Shown here one piece after another: positions 19,710-28,501 of a DNA stretch of 64,000 nt. A program made the translations under genes and the position numbers. The DNA is taken from positions 32,001-96,000 of the forward strand of contig JAXGPF010000009.1 in assembly GCA_040767085.1 (NCBI GenBank), given 5' to 3'. Below the pieces are notes generated by a model that saw only the letters and a list, made by a program, of their open reading frames with translations, ran no database searches and had not been told where the DNA came from. How positions within the stretch are numbered: position 1 is the first letter of the stretch; each line of letters opens with the position of its first letter. The DNA comes from Kiritimatiellia bacterium (GTDB lineage: Bacteria > Verrucomicrobiota > Kiritimatiellia > JAAZAB01).

Positions 19710-20831
19710 TCAGACTGATCCGTCTGATCCGGTAATTTTCACGGCGCGGCGCCGCGCAACATCCTGCACCAGGTCCGCCACGCGGGCGGCGGCATCCGGC
19801 AGCGCGCGCGCGGCGGCCGCCGCGCGCATCTGCGCCAGGCGCTCCGGTTGATCCATGGCCTGGGCGATATAATCCGCCAGACGGACGCTGGTGGCGTCAG
19901 CCTCCCGCAGCATATCCGCGGCGCCATATTCATGCATTGCCGCCGCATTGGCCGCCTGGTGGTCATTGGCGGCATAAGGATAAGGCACCAGCAGCGCCGG
20001 CACGCCGAACTGGAGCAGTTCGGCGCAAGTCGCTGCCCCGGCGCGGCAGACGGCCAGGTTGGCCCGCCGGTAAGCCTGGGGCATATCGTGCAGAAAAGGG
20101 TAAACCGCCGCCGGCTGTCCGCGGTCTTGACGGTATAGTTCCTCCACCGCGGGCGCCTCCGCGGCGCCGGCCAGATGGATGACCTGCAGCCGGCGGCCCT
20201 GGCGGCATAGTTCCTGCACGGCGGCCGGCAGCATCTCGTTCAGGCGGCGGGCGCCGGCGCTGCCGCCCATGACCAGCAGGGTAAAAACTCCGGCGGGCAA
20301 CGCTGCCAGCCTGGCATCCGGAATGGCATCCGGCCGGCGGGCGCGCAAAGGAACGCCGGTCAGCTCGAAGCGGGGATGGCGCAAATGGGCGCGCGCCTCG
20401 TCAAATCCCAGGGCCACCGCCTGCGCCCAGCGTGACAGCCACCGCACCGCCCGGCCGGGAATAACGTTCGCCTCGTGCAGCACCACCGGCACGCCCAGCG
20501 AACGCGCCGCCAACACCGGGCCGCCGGAGGCATAACTGCCCATCGCCAGCAGCACATCCGGCGGCGCGGCGCGCATCAACCGGCGCCATTGGCGGCAGGC
20601 CGCCAGCATCCGCCAGGCGGACGCCAACACCGCGCCGGGCCGGCGCCCGCTCAGGCCGCGGGCAGCCACGGTTAAAACCGGGCCATCCCAGCCGGTCAGC
20701 GCCGTTTTTTCGACTTGCCTGCCGGCCAGCAAAATCGTCACATCGGCGCCGCGTTCGCGCAGCTCCGCCGCCACCGCCAGTCCGGGGAAAATATGTCCGC
20801 CGGTCCCGCCGCAGGCCACCATAATCCGCAT
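19710..20831 (-). CDS. murG: Undecaprenyl-PP-MurNAc-pentapeptide GlcNAc transferase
   Basis: GGTGGHIFPG, HEAN..PG, GGSAGA, CRAGAAT..E, DHQ..NA. Confidence 0.95.
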   Translation of the reverse strand: MRIMVACGGTGGHIFPGLAVAAELRERGADVTILLAGRQVEKTALTGWDGPVLTVAARGLSGRRPGAVLASAWRMLAACRQWRRLMRAAPPDVLLAMGSYASGGPVLAARSLGVPVVLHEANVIPGRAVRWLSRWAQAVALGFDEARAHLRHPRFELTGVPLRARRPDAIPDARLAALPAGVFTLLVMGGSAGARRLNEMLPAAVQELCRQGRRLQVIHLAGAAEAPAVEELYRQDRGQPAAVYPFLHDMPQAYRRANLAVCRAGAATCAELLQFGVPALLVPYPYAANDHQAANAAAMHEYGAADMLREADATSVRLADYIAQAMDQPERLAQMRAAAAARALPDAAARVADLVQDVARRRAVKITGSDGSV

Positions 20832-20845
20832 GCTTCACTCCAAGA

Positions 20846-21610
20846 TCAAGCGGTGCGCGGCGGCGGTTGGCGTCCCAGCCGCTGCAACACCTGCAGCATA
20901 TCAATCCAGACATCTTTTTTGGCGGCGGGATTGCGCAGCAGGTAGGAAGGATGGTAAGTCGGCATCAAAGGAATACCGTCAAATTCCAGCCAATGGCCGC
21001 GCACGCGGCTGATCCGGAACTCGGGGCCGGGCTGCAGCAATCCTTCCACCGCCGTGGCGCCCAGCGCCACGATGACCCGCGGGCGCAAGGCCGCGATTTG
21101 CGCTTTCAGAAAAGGCAGGCAGACTTGCATTTCCGCCGGTTCCGGCTTGCGGTTATTGGGCGGCCGGCATTTGAGGATGTTGCCGATAAACACCTCGCGG
21201 CGGGTGAAGCCCATGGCCTCGATCATGCGCGTGAGCAATTGGCCGGCGCGGCCGACAAACGCCTCGCCCCGCAAGTCCTCTTCTTCCCCCGGCGCCTCGC
21301 CGACAAACATCAGCTCGGGATGGAGGTTCCCCTGCCCTGGAACGGTCTTGGTGCGGGTGCGGTGCAGGACGCAGCGCTTGCAGCGGGCGATCTCGGCCGC
21401 CAGCCCGGCCAGGGTTTCCGCCGCGGCTGCCGCCGCCGGTGCGGCCGGTATGGGTTCCAGCGGGGGCGCCGGAGCGGGCGCGGGCGGGTCCGGCCGCCGG
21501 GCGCGGTAGATTTCCCTGACTCCGCATTCCTTCAAATCAGCGACATGCCCGGCCAGATTATCCAACAGCCCGGCCAGCGCGGCGGCGGGCGTTTTATCCG
21601 GCTGCTTCAT
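20846..21610 (-). CDS. Uracil-DNA glycosylase family 4 (4Fe-4S)
   Basis: CKRC, FVGEAPG, FVG.AG.LL, KCRPPNNR, TYHPSYLLR. Confidence 0.93.
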   Translation of the reverse strand: MKQPDKTPAAALAGLLDNLAGHVADLKECGVREIYRARRPDPPAPAPAPPLEPIPAAPAAAAAAETLAGLAAEIARCKRCVLHRTRTKTVPGQGNLHPELMFVGEAPGEEEDLRGEAFVGRAGQLLTRMIEAMGFTRREVFIGNILKCRPPNNRKPEPAEMQVCLPFLKAQIAALRPRVIVALGATAVEGLLQPGPEFRISRVRGHWLEFDGIPLMPTYHPSYLLRNPAAKKDVWIDMLQVLQRLGRQPPPRTA

Positions 21611-22328
21611 ATTGGCGTCTCTTCCGCAGGCTGACGAACATCGGTCCGAAAACGACATAGATCACGCCCAACAGCAGCATGACCAATGCAGCGGCGGGCG
21701 CCAGATGCAAATCCCGCAAAAACAACATCGCCACCAGCGCGACGCACGGCACAAAAATCCCCATCGCCTTGGTCGGCTTGGGATAATGCACATTCGAGAC
21801 CTGCAGGGTGATCATCGCCACCACGCCGGAAAGGAACACCAGCGCCACCGGTCCCTGTTTCAACTGGAAATAATCGCCCAGCACGCCGGTTTGTTCGAGG
21901 AAAACGAAAATCGCCACCCAGCCGGCGCTGGCCGTGATGGGCAGTCCGCAATAGCCGCCCTGTCCGCGCAGGGGATCCTTGACCTTGAAACGCGCCAGCC
22001 GGATGACGCCCGAGAGCACAACCATGGCGGTCATCAGCACACGCCACCCGATGAAGGACTGGAGCGATACCTGGTAAATCAGGATGGCCGGCGCCAGGCC
22101 GAAGGCGGTCATATCCACGTACGTATCCAGTTCGGCGCCGAACGGGCTGGTGCCCCTGATGCGCCGGGCCAGGTTGCCGTCCAAGCCGTCCAGGATCATC
22201 GCCAGCATGATGAACTGGGCGGAGAGCATGAAATGCGCTTCACCCTCCAGGGCCAGCAGCATGCTGAAAAATCCGCAAAGCATTGCAAAAAGCGTAACCG
22301 CGGTCGGCAGTAATTGGCGCCAAGTCAT
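21594..22328 (-). CDS. pssA: CDP-alcohol phosphatidyltransferase (phosphatidylserine synthase-like)
   Basis: D.LDG.LAR….S.FG.ELD..D…FG.AP, RLARF, GLP. Confidence 0.85.
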   Translation of the reverse strand: MTWRQLLPTAVTLFAMLCGFFSMLLALEGEAHFMLSAQFIMLAMILDGLDGNLARRIRGTSPFGAELDTYVDMTAFGLAPAILIYQVSLQSFIGWRVLMTAMVVLSGVIRLARFKVKDPLRGQGGYCGLPITASAGWVAIFVFLEQTGVLGDYFQLKQGPVALVFLSGVVAMITLQVSNVHYPKPTKAMGIFVPCVALVAMLFLRDLHLAPAAALVMLLLGVIYVVFGPMFVSLRKRRQYEAAG

Positions 22329-22460
22329 ACATAACCTTTCCATGGGCGTCGTCTGCGAAACGCGCAAGACAATTCGATCATAAAATCCCGCCGGTATCAG
22401 GCAGCATGGATAGCAGGATACCGCCGGACATGTCAAGCGCAAAGCGCCCGGCGGCAAGCA

Positions 22461-24428
22461 TTATTCCGCCGGCGCGGCGGGCGGCAGCGACACGGCCGGC
22501 GGCATGGCATCTCCGATCGCCTTGTCCCGCCAGCGGCTGGTCAGGGCGGCGGCTTCCTCGCGGGTGCGCGCCACGCTCGGCGTGACAAAGATCAGCAGGT
22601 TGGTGCGTTCGATACCCTTGACCGAATGCCGGAAAATCCAGCCCAGCAGCGGAATCGAACCCAGGAACGGCACGCGCCGCTCCTTTTCCACGTTGTCCTC
22701 GCGGATCAGGCCGCTGATTACAATCGTTTCGCCGCTGGGAACGGTCAAGGTGGTGGTCACCTCCCGGCGGGCGATCGTCGGAGTGAAGGCCTTGCCGTCG
22801 GTGGTGGCTTCCAGCACGGCTTCAATGCTGGGATTCAGGCGCATGCACACTTCGCCGTCCGGGTTGACCTGGGGCGTCACTTTCAACTTGATCCCCACGT
22901 CAATCCGGTCAATGTTTTCGATCACGTCGCGCGCGGTGCCGGAGCCGCCTTCAATGGTGGATTTCAGGATGGGAATGTTTTTGCCGATGGTAACGCTGGC
23001 CTCCTGGTTGTTCTGCGCCCATAAGGGCACGTTGGACAGGATTTTAAAATTCGATTCGTATTTCAGCGCGTTGACATTCATCAAAAACGGAAAACGCGGC
23101 ACGACATTGCCGTTGGCGTCGGTGTAACTGCCATTGGCCAGGCCGAAAGTCAGCCCCTGCGGCACCACGCCCTGCACGACTTGCGCCAGCAGCCGATCCT
23201 CGCCTTCGGCGGCGCGGGAACCGCCGACGATGACGGTCGAGTCCTGTTCCGGCGAGGCGGAGGATAGGAATTCGGCGCCGTAATCATGGCCGTCGCCGAG
23301 GGTCAATTCCGCGATCATGACCTCCACCAGCACCTGGGGCGGCGGCAGATCCAGTTTTTCAACGAGCTGGCGGACCATTTCAAAATCCTGGGGAGCGGCA
23401 TCCACCATCAGCGCGTTGTTGGCCAGGTTGGCCTCGATGGCGATGATCGAGCGGTCGGCGTTTTTCTCGGCGTTGCGCGCCAGCAGCGCGGTCAGGCTTT
23501 TGGCGGCGTCTTCCGCCGAAAGGTACTTCAGGAAAATGGCCTGCAGATGGCCGCTGACCGCCTGGGCTTCCACGTCCAACCGGGCGATCAAATCCTTGAT
23601 TTCGGCCACCTGCGCCGGGGTGCCGGCCAGGATCAGGCTGTTGGAATGCGGCGCGGCCACAACTACGGCGTCGGCCAGCCCGCCGCCGCCGCCCTCGCTG
23701 CGCGCCAGGCGCTGCCGGATGCGCTCGCCCTCGGTGTCCGCCCGCGAGCGCAGGCCGCTGAGGGCCTGGTTCAATTCGTCCGCCATGTTGCGCGCGACCG
23801 CGTGTTTCAGGGCATGGAGTTCGGTCACGCGCGCGGCGCCCGGCTGGTCAATCTGGGCGATCACGGCCTCCAGGCGGCGGATATTGTCCGCCGTATCGGT
23901 CACCACCAGGTGGTTGGTGGTTTCCAGCGCCGCCAGGGCGCCGCTTTTGCCGCCATCCACCATCGGCTCCAGCATGCGGCGCAACTCCGCCGCGCTGACA
24001 TGCGCGAGCCGGATGACCTTGGTCACCAGCGCGCCGCCGGCAGGCGATGCATCCGGCGGGAGTACCGGCGCCGCGGGGACAGGGCGCGGCGCCCGCACCA
24101 CCACCCGGCAGACGCCGTCCTGCTCCAGCACGGCGTAGCCGGCGGCTTCCAGCACGGCCAGCAGCAGCGGATACACCTCGGATGCGGGAATTTGCGCGGG
24201 GGTGACGACCGTCACCTTGCCTTCCACGGCGGGATCTACCACGAACCGCCGACCGGTAATGTCGCCCGCCAGCTTGACCAGGAACCGCACTTCCACCTGG
24301 TCGAAGTTGAAATTGACGAAAGTGGACTGGCCGGCGGCGGCCGCCGGCGGCGTTTCGGCGCGACCGAGCGGCAGCAGGCAGAGAGCCGCCGCCAGGCCGA
24401 TATGCGGCATGTAAAAACAGCGTCGCAT
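22461..24428 (-). CDS. gspD: Type II secretion system secretin
   Basis: Signal peptide, N0 domain (NFDQVEV…RFVVDP.V.GKVT), N-domains, QVLVEV.I.E, DVGIKLKVTP, VPFLGSIPLLGWIF, TNLLIFVTP. Confidence 0.92.
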   Translation of the reverse strand: MRRCFYMPHIGLAAALCLLPLGRAETPPAAAAGQSTFVNFNFDQVEVRFLVKLAGDITGRRFVVDPAVEGKVTVVTPAQIPASEVYPLLLAVLEAAGYAVLEQDGVCRVVVRAPRPVPAAPVLPPDASPAGGALVTKVIRLAHVSAAELRRMLEPMVDGGKSGALAALETTNHLVVTDTADNIRRLEAVIAQIDQPGAARVTELHALKHAVARNMADELNQALSGLRSRADTEGERIRQRLARSEGGGGGLADAVVVAAPHSNSLILAGTPAQVAEIKDLIARLDVEAQAVSGHLQAIFLKYLSAEDAAKSLTALLARNAEKNADRSIIAIEANLANNALMVDAAPQDFEMVRQLVEKLDLPPPQVLVEVMIAELTLGDGHDYGAEFLSSASPEQDSTVIVGGSRAAEGEDRLLAQVVQGVVPQGLTFGLANGSYTDANGNVVPRFPFLMNVNALKYESNFKILSNVPLWAQNNQEASVTIGKNIPILKSTIEGGSGTARDVIENIDRIDVGIKLKVTPQVNPDGEVCMRLNPSIEAVLEATTDGKAFTPTIARREVTTTLTVPSGETIVISGLIREDNVEKERRVPFLGSIPLLGWIFRHSVKGIERTNLLIFVTPSVARTREEAAALTSRWRDKAIGDAMPPAVSLPPAAPAE

Positions 24429-25201
24429 CAGCGGGCAATTCCCCGTTCCGAAGCCTCGATAAATTCTATCAGGTGCTGCACTTCCGGCGCCAGCGGCACA
24501 TTTTGCCGGATTTTTTCCAGGGCCTGGCGCGTGTTGAGGTTTTCGCGGTACAAAATCCGGTAGGCTGTTTTCAGATGCTGGCGCGCCTCATCGGAGATCC
24601 CGCGCCGCTGGAGGGCGACGGCATTGACGCCATGCACCGCCGCGGGATTGCCGTCAGCCATCATGTACGGGGGGATATCCTGGGTGGCCTTGGAACAGCC
24701 GCCCATGATGGACATGCGGCCGATGCGCACAAACTGGTGCACGCCGCACAAGCCGCCGATGACGGCGAAATCCTCCACCGTCACATGGCCGGCCAGGGTG
24801 CCGGCATTGGAAATGATCACGCCGTTGCCCACCGTGCATTGATGCGCCACATGCGAATAGGCCATGATGTGGCACCCCTCGCCCACCCGCGTCACATCGC
24901 CCTCGTTGGTGCCGGAGTTGACGGTGACATATTCCCGGAGCGTCGTGCGCGCGCCGATTTCCACAAAAGTTTTCCCGCCCTTGAACTTCAGGTCCTGCGT
25001 CTGCGAGCCGATGCTGGCGAACGGGAAAATCACGCAATCCGGGCCGATAGTCGTATGCCCATCCAGGAAAACATGCGGCATGACGCGCGTCCGCGCCCCC
25101 AGCCGCACATGCGGCCCGACGATCGCATAAGCGCCGACCGCCACGTCCGCATCCAGCTCCGCGCCGGACTCGATAACCGCGGTGGGATGAATCAGGGTCA
25201 T
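24428..25201 (-). CDS. lpxA: Acyl-ACP--UDP-GlcNAc O-acyltransferase (copy 1)
   Basis: IHPTAVI hexapeptide repeats, QDLKF, HVAH, VHQFVRIG, DIPPY, N.V.L.RRG. Confidence 0.93.
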   Translation of the reverse strand: MTLIHPTAVIESGAELDADVAVGAYAIVGPHVRLGARTRVMPHVFLDGHTTIGPDCVIFPFASIGSQTQDLKFKGGKTFVEIGARTTLREYVTVNSGTNEGDVTRVGEGCHIMAYSHVAHQCTVGNGVIISNAGTLAGHVTVEDFAVIGGLCGVHQFVRIGRMSIMGGCSKATQDIPPYMMADGNPAAVHGVNAVALQRRGISDEARQHLKTAYRILYRENLNTRQALEKIRQNVPLAPEVQHLIEFIEASERGIAR

Positions 25202-25644
25202 ACCCCGGCCTTTTCCGTGGTAAACATGAACATCAATTCGGCTTCCGAAGCCGGTTGGCCGTCCACCAGCACGCGCCCCTGGACGCGCACCACCCGGGCG
25301 CGCCGGTTCAGCATGGTCACTTCAATCCGCATGGCATCGCCCGGCACGATCGGCCGGCGGAAACGGGCCTTATCGATCGCCATGAAAAGCGGGACCTGGC
25401 CCTTGATGCCGGTCTGCCGGCTGAGGAGGATGCCGCCGGCCTGGGCCATGGCTTCGAGCTGCAGCACGCCCGGCATGATCGGGCGCCCGGGAAAATGTCC
25501 GTTGAAAAAAGGCTCGTTGATGGTGATGTTCTTCAGGGCCACGATGCGGTCCTTGTCGTCGCATTCCAGCACGCGGTCCACCAGGAGCATCGGGTAGCGA
25601 TGCGGCAGGATTTGCATGATTTCATCAATCTCAATTGTCGTCAT
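25198..25644 (-). CDS. fabZ: 3-hydroxyacyl-ACP dehydratase
   Basis: LPHRYPMLLVD, NEPFF.GHFP..PIMPGVL..EAMAQ, FRRP.VPGD. Confidence 0.95.
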   Translation of the reverse strand: MTTIEIDEIMQILPHRYPMLLVDRVLECDDKDRIVALKNITINEPFFNGHFPGRPIMPGVLQLEAMAQAGGILLSRQTGIKGQVPLFMAIDKARFRRPIVPGDAMRIEVTMLNRRARVVRVQGRVLVDGQPASEAELMFMFTTEKAGV

Positions 25645-25716
25645 AAAGGCTCCCCTTCTGCTGCATCGCGTTCCCTGCCGACGGCGGCCAACGCTGCTCG
25701 TTTGACTGCTTTTCAA

Positions 25717-25808
25717 TGGCGGAGGGAGAGGGATTTGAACCCCCGGTGCCCTTGCGAGCACACATGATTTCGAGTCATGCGCATTCAACCGGACTCTGCC
25801 ATCCCTCC
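25717..25808 (-). tRNA. tRNA-Ser (anticodon CGA), CCA encoded
   Basis: GGAGGGA acceptor stem, anticodon arm CATGA-CT CGA AA-TCATG, long variable arm, GGTTCAAATCC T-loop, ends GCCA. Confidence 0.95.
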
Positions 25809-25861
25809 TTGGATGCCTGCTTTACGCTGGAACGCCCAGCGGGCCGGCACAACTGGAATTC

Positions 25862-25890
25862 AAGATACAAAAACCGCGCAAGGCAGTCAA
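25862..25890 (-). promoter_or_regulatory. Sigma70-like promoter for tRNA-Ser-fabZ-lpxA-gspD
   Basis: TTGACT-17 nt-TATCTT with TG just 5' of the -10 box, about 54 nt upstream of the tRNA. Confidence 0.6.
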
Positions 25891-26125
25891 CGCTAATTAC
25901 CGCCGGGAGGCGCCGGAAGCAGGGCTGCGTCATGCTCCCGCGCCTTGCGCGCCGTTCCGGATCAGAAGCGGCCAAGGGACCCAGGCTTTGCCAAGGCTAC
26001 GCCCGGCGAAGTCCGGCTTTGCCGGACTCAGCCGGGCAAGCAGCACCGAGCCGTTTTTTCCGAGAATGACGCAGCCCTGGCGCTGGAAGGTGGGCATGGC
26101 AGATTTGGGGGCAGCGGCAATGCGG

Positions 26126-26250
26126 TTTTTTTGAACAGAAGGCGGAACAAGGATTTTTCGGATTCTTGAACAGAAGACGGAATAAGGGCGGAACAAGGAT
26201 TGTTCGGATTTTTGAATCGAAGTCGGAATAAGGGCGGAACAAGAGGAATA
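26126..26250. repeat. Degenerate tandem repeat, about 3 units of 38-46 bp
   Basis: TTGAACAGAAG(ACGGAATAAGG)GCGGAACAAGGATT.TTCGGATT recurs three times with decay. Confidence 0.7.
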
Positions 26251-26307
26251 TTTTTTCAAACCGGCACCTTCGTCCGGCTTTGCCGGCTTCCGCCTTATGT
26301 TCAATTC

Positions 26308-27423
26308 TCAGTTTTTGGACATATCGGCCAAACACAAGCCGTTTTCCCGCATCCACCGGCCGACGGCATGAAACCTTTCCGGCGCCACCGCTATGCCGTC
26401 CGCAAACGGGCACAGAACAAAATTCGCCTGCCTGATCCGGGGGGTCAGCAAACGGTCCAGGGCAGCCGGAATTTCATCGAGGCGGCCGGCGGCAAAGATC
26501 GTGGGATCAAGGCATCCGAGGATGATCAAATCTTCTCCCAGCACATCCAGGGCGTCAGCCCAGGGCGTATTCCCGGTGGGCGGCGGAGTCAGGGCATGGA
26601 TGCCGTCGCAACCGGTTTCCTTGATCAGGTCCAGGATGCCGTGCACATGCCCGCACATGTGCAGCAGGGCGGTTTTGCCGTTGGCCTTCACCGCGTCCAC
26701 GAAATCACGCTGGTGCGGCATATTGTACCGGCGGTAGACTTCCGGACTGATGTAATACGTGCTGGTGTTTTCGGCCAGCATCACGGAATCGCAGGGCGTA
26801 CGGGCCAGGATGTCAAAGGCCTGCCGCTCGCGCTGATGGATGGCCTGGATCAACCCATGGACTTCCGCTGGATGATCGGCCTGCAGGTAATAAAAATTCT
26901 CCGTCCCCATGTCCAGTTCCAGCAGGCGCGGAATGGTGGAAGGTCCCCAGAAACGGGTAACCACGCCGTGTTCCCCGATTAAAGCGTTTAACGCCGCCAG
27001 GGCGGCGGAATCGTCATGCGCCGTGAATGTCGCGCCTTCCCACATGTCCCGGTAAATCAGCACCGCCTCCAGGGAATCCACCGGGAATTTGACGGGATGC
27101 GCGCCATCCTGAATCCCGGTCAGCGCACCCCGGGGTGTCTGCCAGCGGGTGGTCTTCCGGGAGCCTTCGCGTTCATGGCGGATTTCCACGAAATCCGGCC
27201 ATCGCAGCGACGGCGATCGGAACGCGTAAGGAGTATTCCAGCCATCCAGCATGAAAATATCGCAGCCGATGTGCTTGTAAAAATCAATGCCGCCGTGGCC
27301 GCGCTGCTCGGCTGGCAGCAAGGCCAGCGTGGCATCGTCCACGAGCGTGGTCCAGGACAAGCGGTCTTTGGGCTGCTTGCGCAACACGGCTTCCAGGCGT
27401 TCACGTCCGGTCATACTTGGCAT
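26308..27423 (-). CDS. Uroporphyrinogen decarboxylase/corrinoid methyltransferase (URO-D/CIMS) superfamily protein
   Basis: MT.RERL start, G.ENF….D.P, ISP..YR.Y..P, LLHMCG, I.GCLDP; GGAGG RBS. Confidence 0.78.
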   Translation of the reverse strand: MPSMTGRERLEAVLRKQPKDRLSWTTLVDDATLALLPAEQRGHGGIDFYKHIGCDIFMLDGWNTPYAFRSPSLRWPDFVEIRHEREGSRKTTRWQTPRGALTGIQDGAHPVKFPVDSLEAVLIYRDMWEGATFTAHDDSAALAALNALIGEHGVVTRFWGPSTIPRLLELDMGTENFYYLQADHPAEVHGLIQAIHQRERQAFDILARTPCDSVMLAENTSTYYISPEVYRRYNMPHQRDFVDAVKANGKTALLHMCGHVHGILDLIKETGCDGIHALTPPPTGNTPWADALDVLGEDLIILGCLDPTIFAAGRLDEIPAALDRLLTPRIRQANFVLCPFADGIAVAPERFHAVGRWMRENGLCLADMSKN

Positions 27424-27593
27424 ACCTCCATTGTATTGTTACGGTGCAGGATATCGCCGACGCTGTCCAGGATGTGATTCGGGCGGTCGGCGAAACGCGC
27501 CAGGCTCGACCGGCTGGTCACGCCGGTCAGCACGAGCACGGTCTCAATTTCAGCTTCAAAGCCGGCGACGATGTCGGTATCCATTCGGCCACC
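27411..27593 (-). pseudogene. C-terminal remnant of a HAD-IIA (NagD-like) phosphatase
   Basis: Own translation: GGRMDTDIVAGFEAEIETVLVLTGVTSRSSLARFADRPNHILDSVGDI, matching the NagD GDRMDTD…LVLTGV motif IV region; no room for the first ~200 aa. Confidence 0.8.
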
Positions 27594-27599
27594 GTAAAT

Positions 27600-28418
27600 T
27601 CAGGTTTCAGCCCCGGCATCCCCACCGGCATCGCCGCGCCCATGGCCGTGGCGGCAGATGCCGCGCTTGGAAGCCTCCACGAAATCCGCCAGTTCGCCGG
27701 CCGGGCCGGCGGGACACTCGCCGCGGATGGCCGCTGCCGCCTGGCTGAAATTCATATCGGAAAGGTAGAGCATCCGGAAGGCGCGTTTGAGCGCCAGGCG
27801 GTCCGCCGGCGGCATGCCGGCGCGGCGCAAGCCGACGATATTCAACCCGGCCACCTGGTTGAGGTGCAGGCTGGCCACCGTGCAGAATGGCGGCACATCC
27901 TTGCTGACGCCGCTGCCGCCGCCAAGCATCGCCAGGCGTCCCACGCGGACGAATTGATGCACCATGCAATTGCCGCTGAGAAACGCGCCGGCGCCGATTT
28001 CAGCGTAGCCGCCCAGCAGCACGCCGTTGGCGAGGATGACGCGGTCGCCCAGCCGCGAATTATGGCCGACATGGCTGTTGGCCATCAGAAAACACCCGGC
28101 GCCAATTTCAGTCGCGGTGCCGGGCTTGGTGCCGCGGTGCACCGTCACCCCTTCGCGGAGGACGCAGGCGCCGCCGATCCGGACGTAACTTTCACGGCCG
28201 TCGAAGGCCTTATCCTGCGGCAGGTCGCCCAGCACGGCATGGGCATGCACGCGGCAGCCGGCGCCCAGGGTAGTGTGCCGCAAAATCGCCGCATGCGGGC
28301 CGATGACACAGCGGTCGCCGATCACCGCGCCGGCTTCGACAACCGCCAGCGGGCCGACCGTCACCTCGGCGCCTAATTCCGCCTGCGGACTGACCACTGC
28401 CGTGGGATGAATGCTCAT
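27600..28418 (-). CDS. lpxA: Acyl-ACP--UDP-GlcNAc O-acyltransferase (copy 2)
   Basis: IHPTAVV, PQD, REGVTVHRGT, MANSHVGH, VHQFVRVG, DVPPF, LNIVGLRR. Confidence 0.9.
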   Translation of the reverse strand: MSIHPTAVVSPQAELGAEVTVGPLAVVEAGAVIGDRCVIGPHAAILRHTTLGAGCRVHAHAVLGDLPQDKAFDGRESYVRIGGACVLREGVTVHRGTKPGTATEIGAGCFLMANSHVGHNSRLGDRVILANGVLLGGYAEIGAGAFLSGNCMVHQFVRVGRLAMLGGGSGVSKDVPPFCTVASLHLNQVAGLNIVGLRRAGMPPADRLALKRAFRMLYLSDMNFSQAAAAIRGECPAGPAGELADFVEASKRGICRHGHGRGDAGGDAGAET

Positions 28419-28501
28419 ACATGTCCTTGTATTTCATTTCCGCTCCGGCATGGAGCGCGCGGGAATCATATGCGCCCGGGACGCCAAAATCAAAATTATT
28501 T

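Noticed and set aside
25198-25788. 196-aa extended FabZ ORF
   Set aside because: The extension runs through the tRNA gene; the real start is the ATG at 25644
26126-26250. Possible CRISPR mini-array
   Set aside because: Only about three degenerate units, the intervening sequences resemble each other rather than being unique spacers, and there are no cas genes
25717-27593. Integrative element at tRNA-Ser
   Set aside because: No integrase and no duplicated tRNA 3' end seen; the accessory DNA lies 5' of the tRNA while fabZ follows its 3' end
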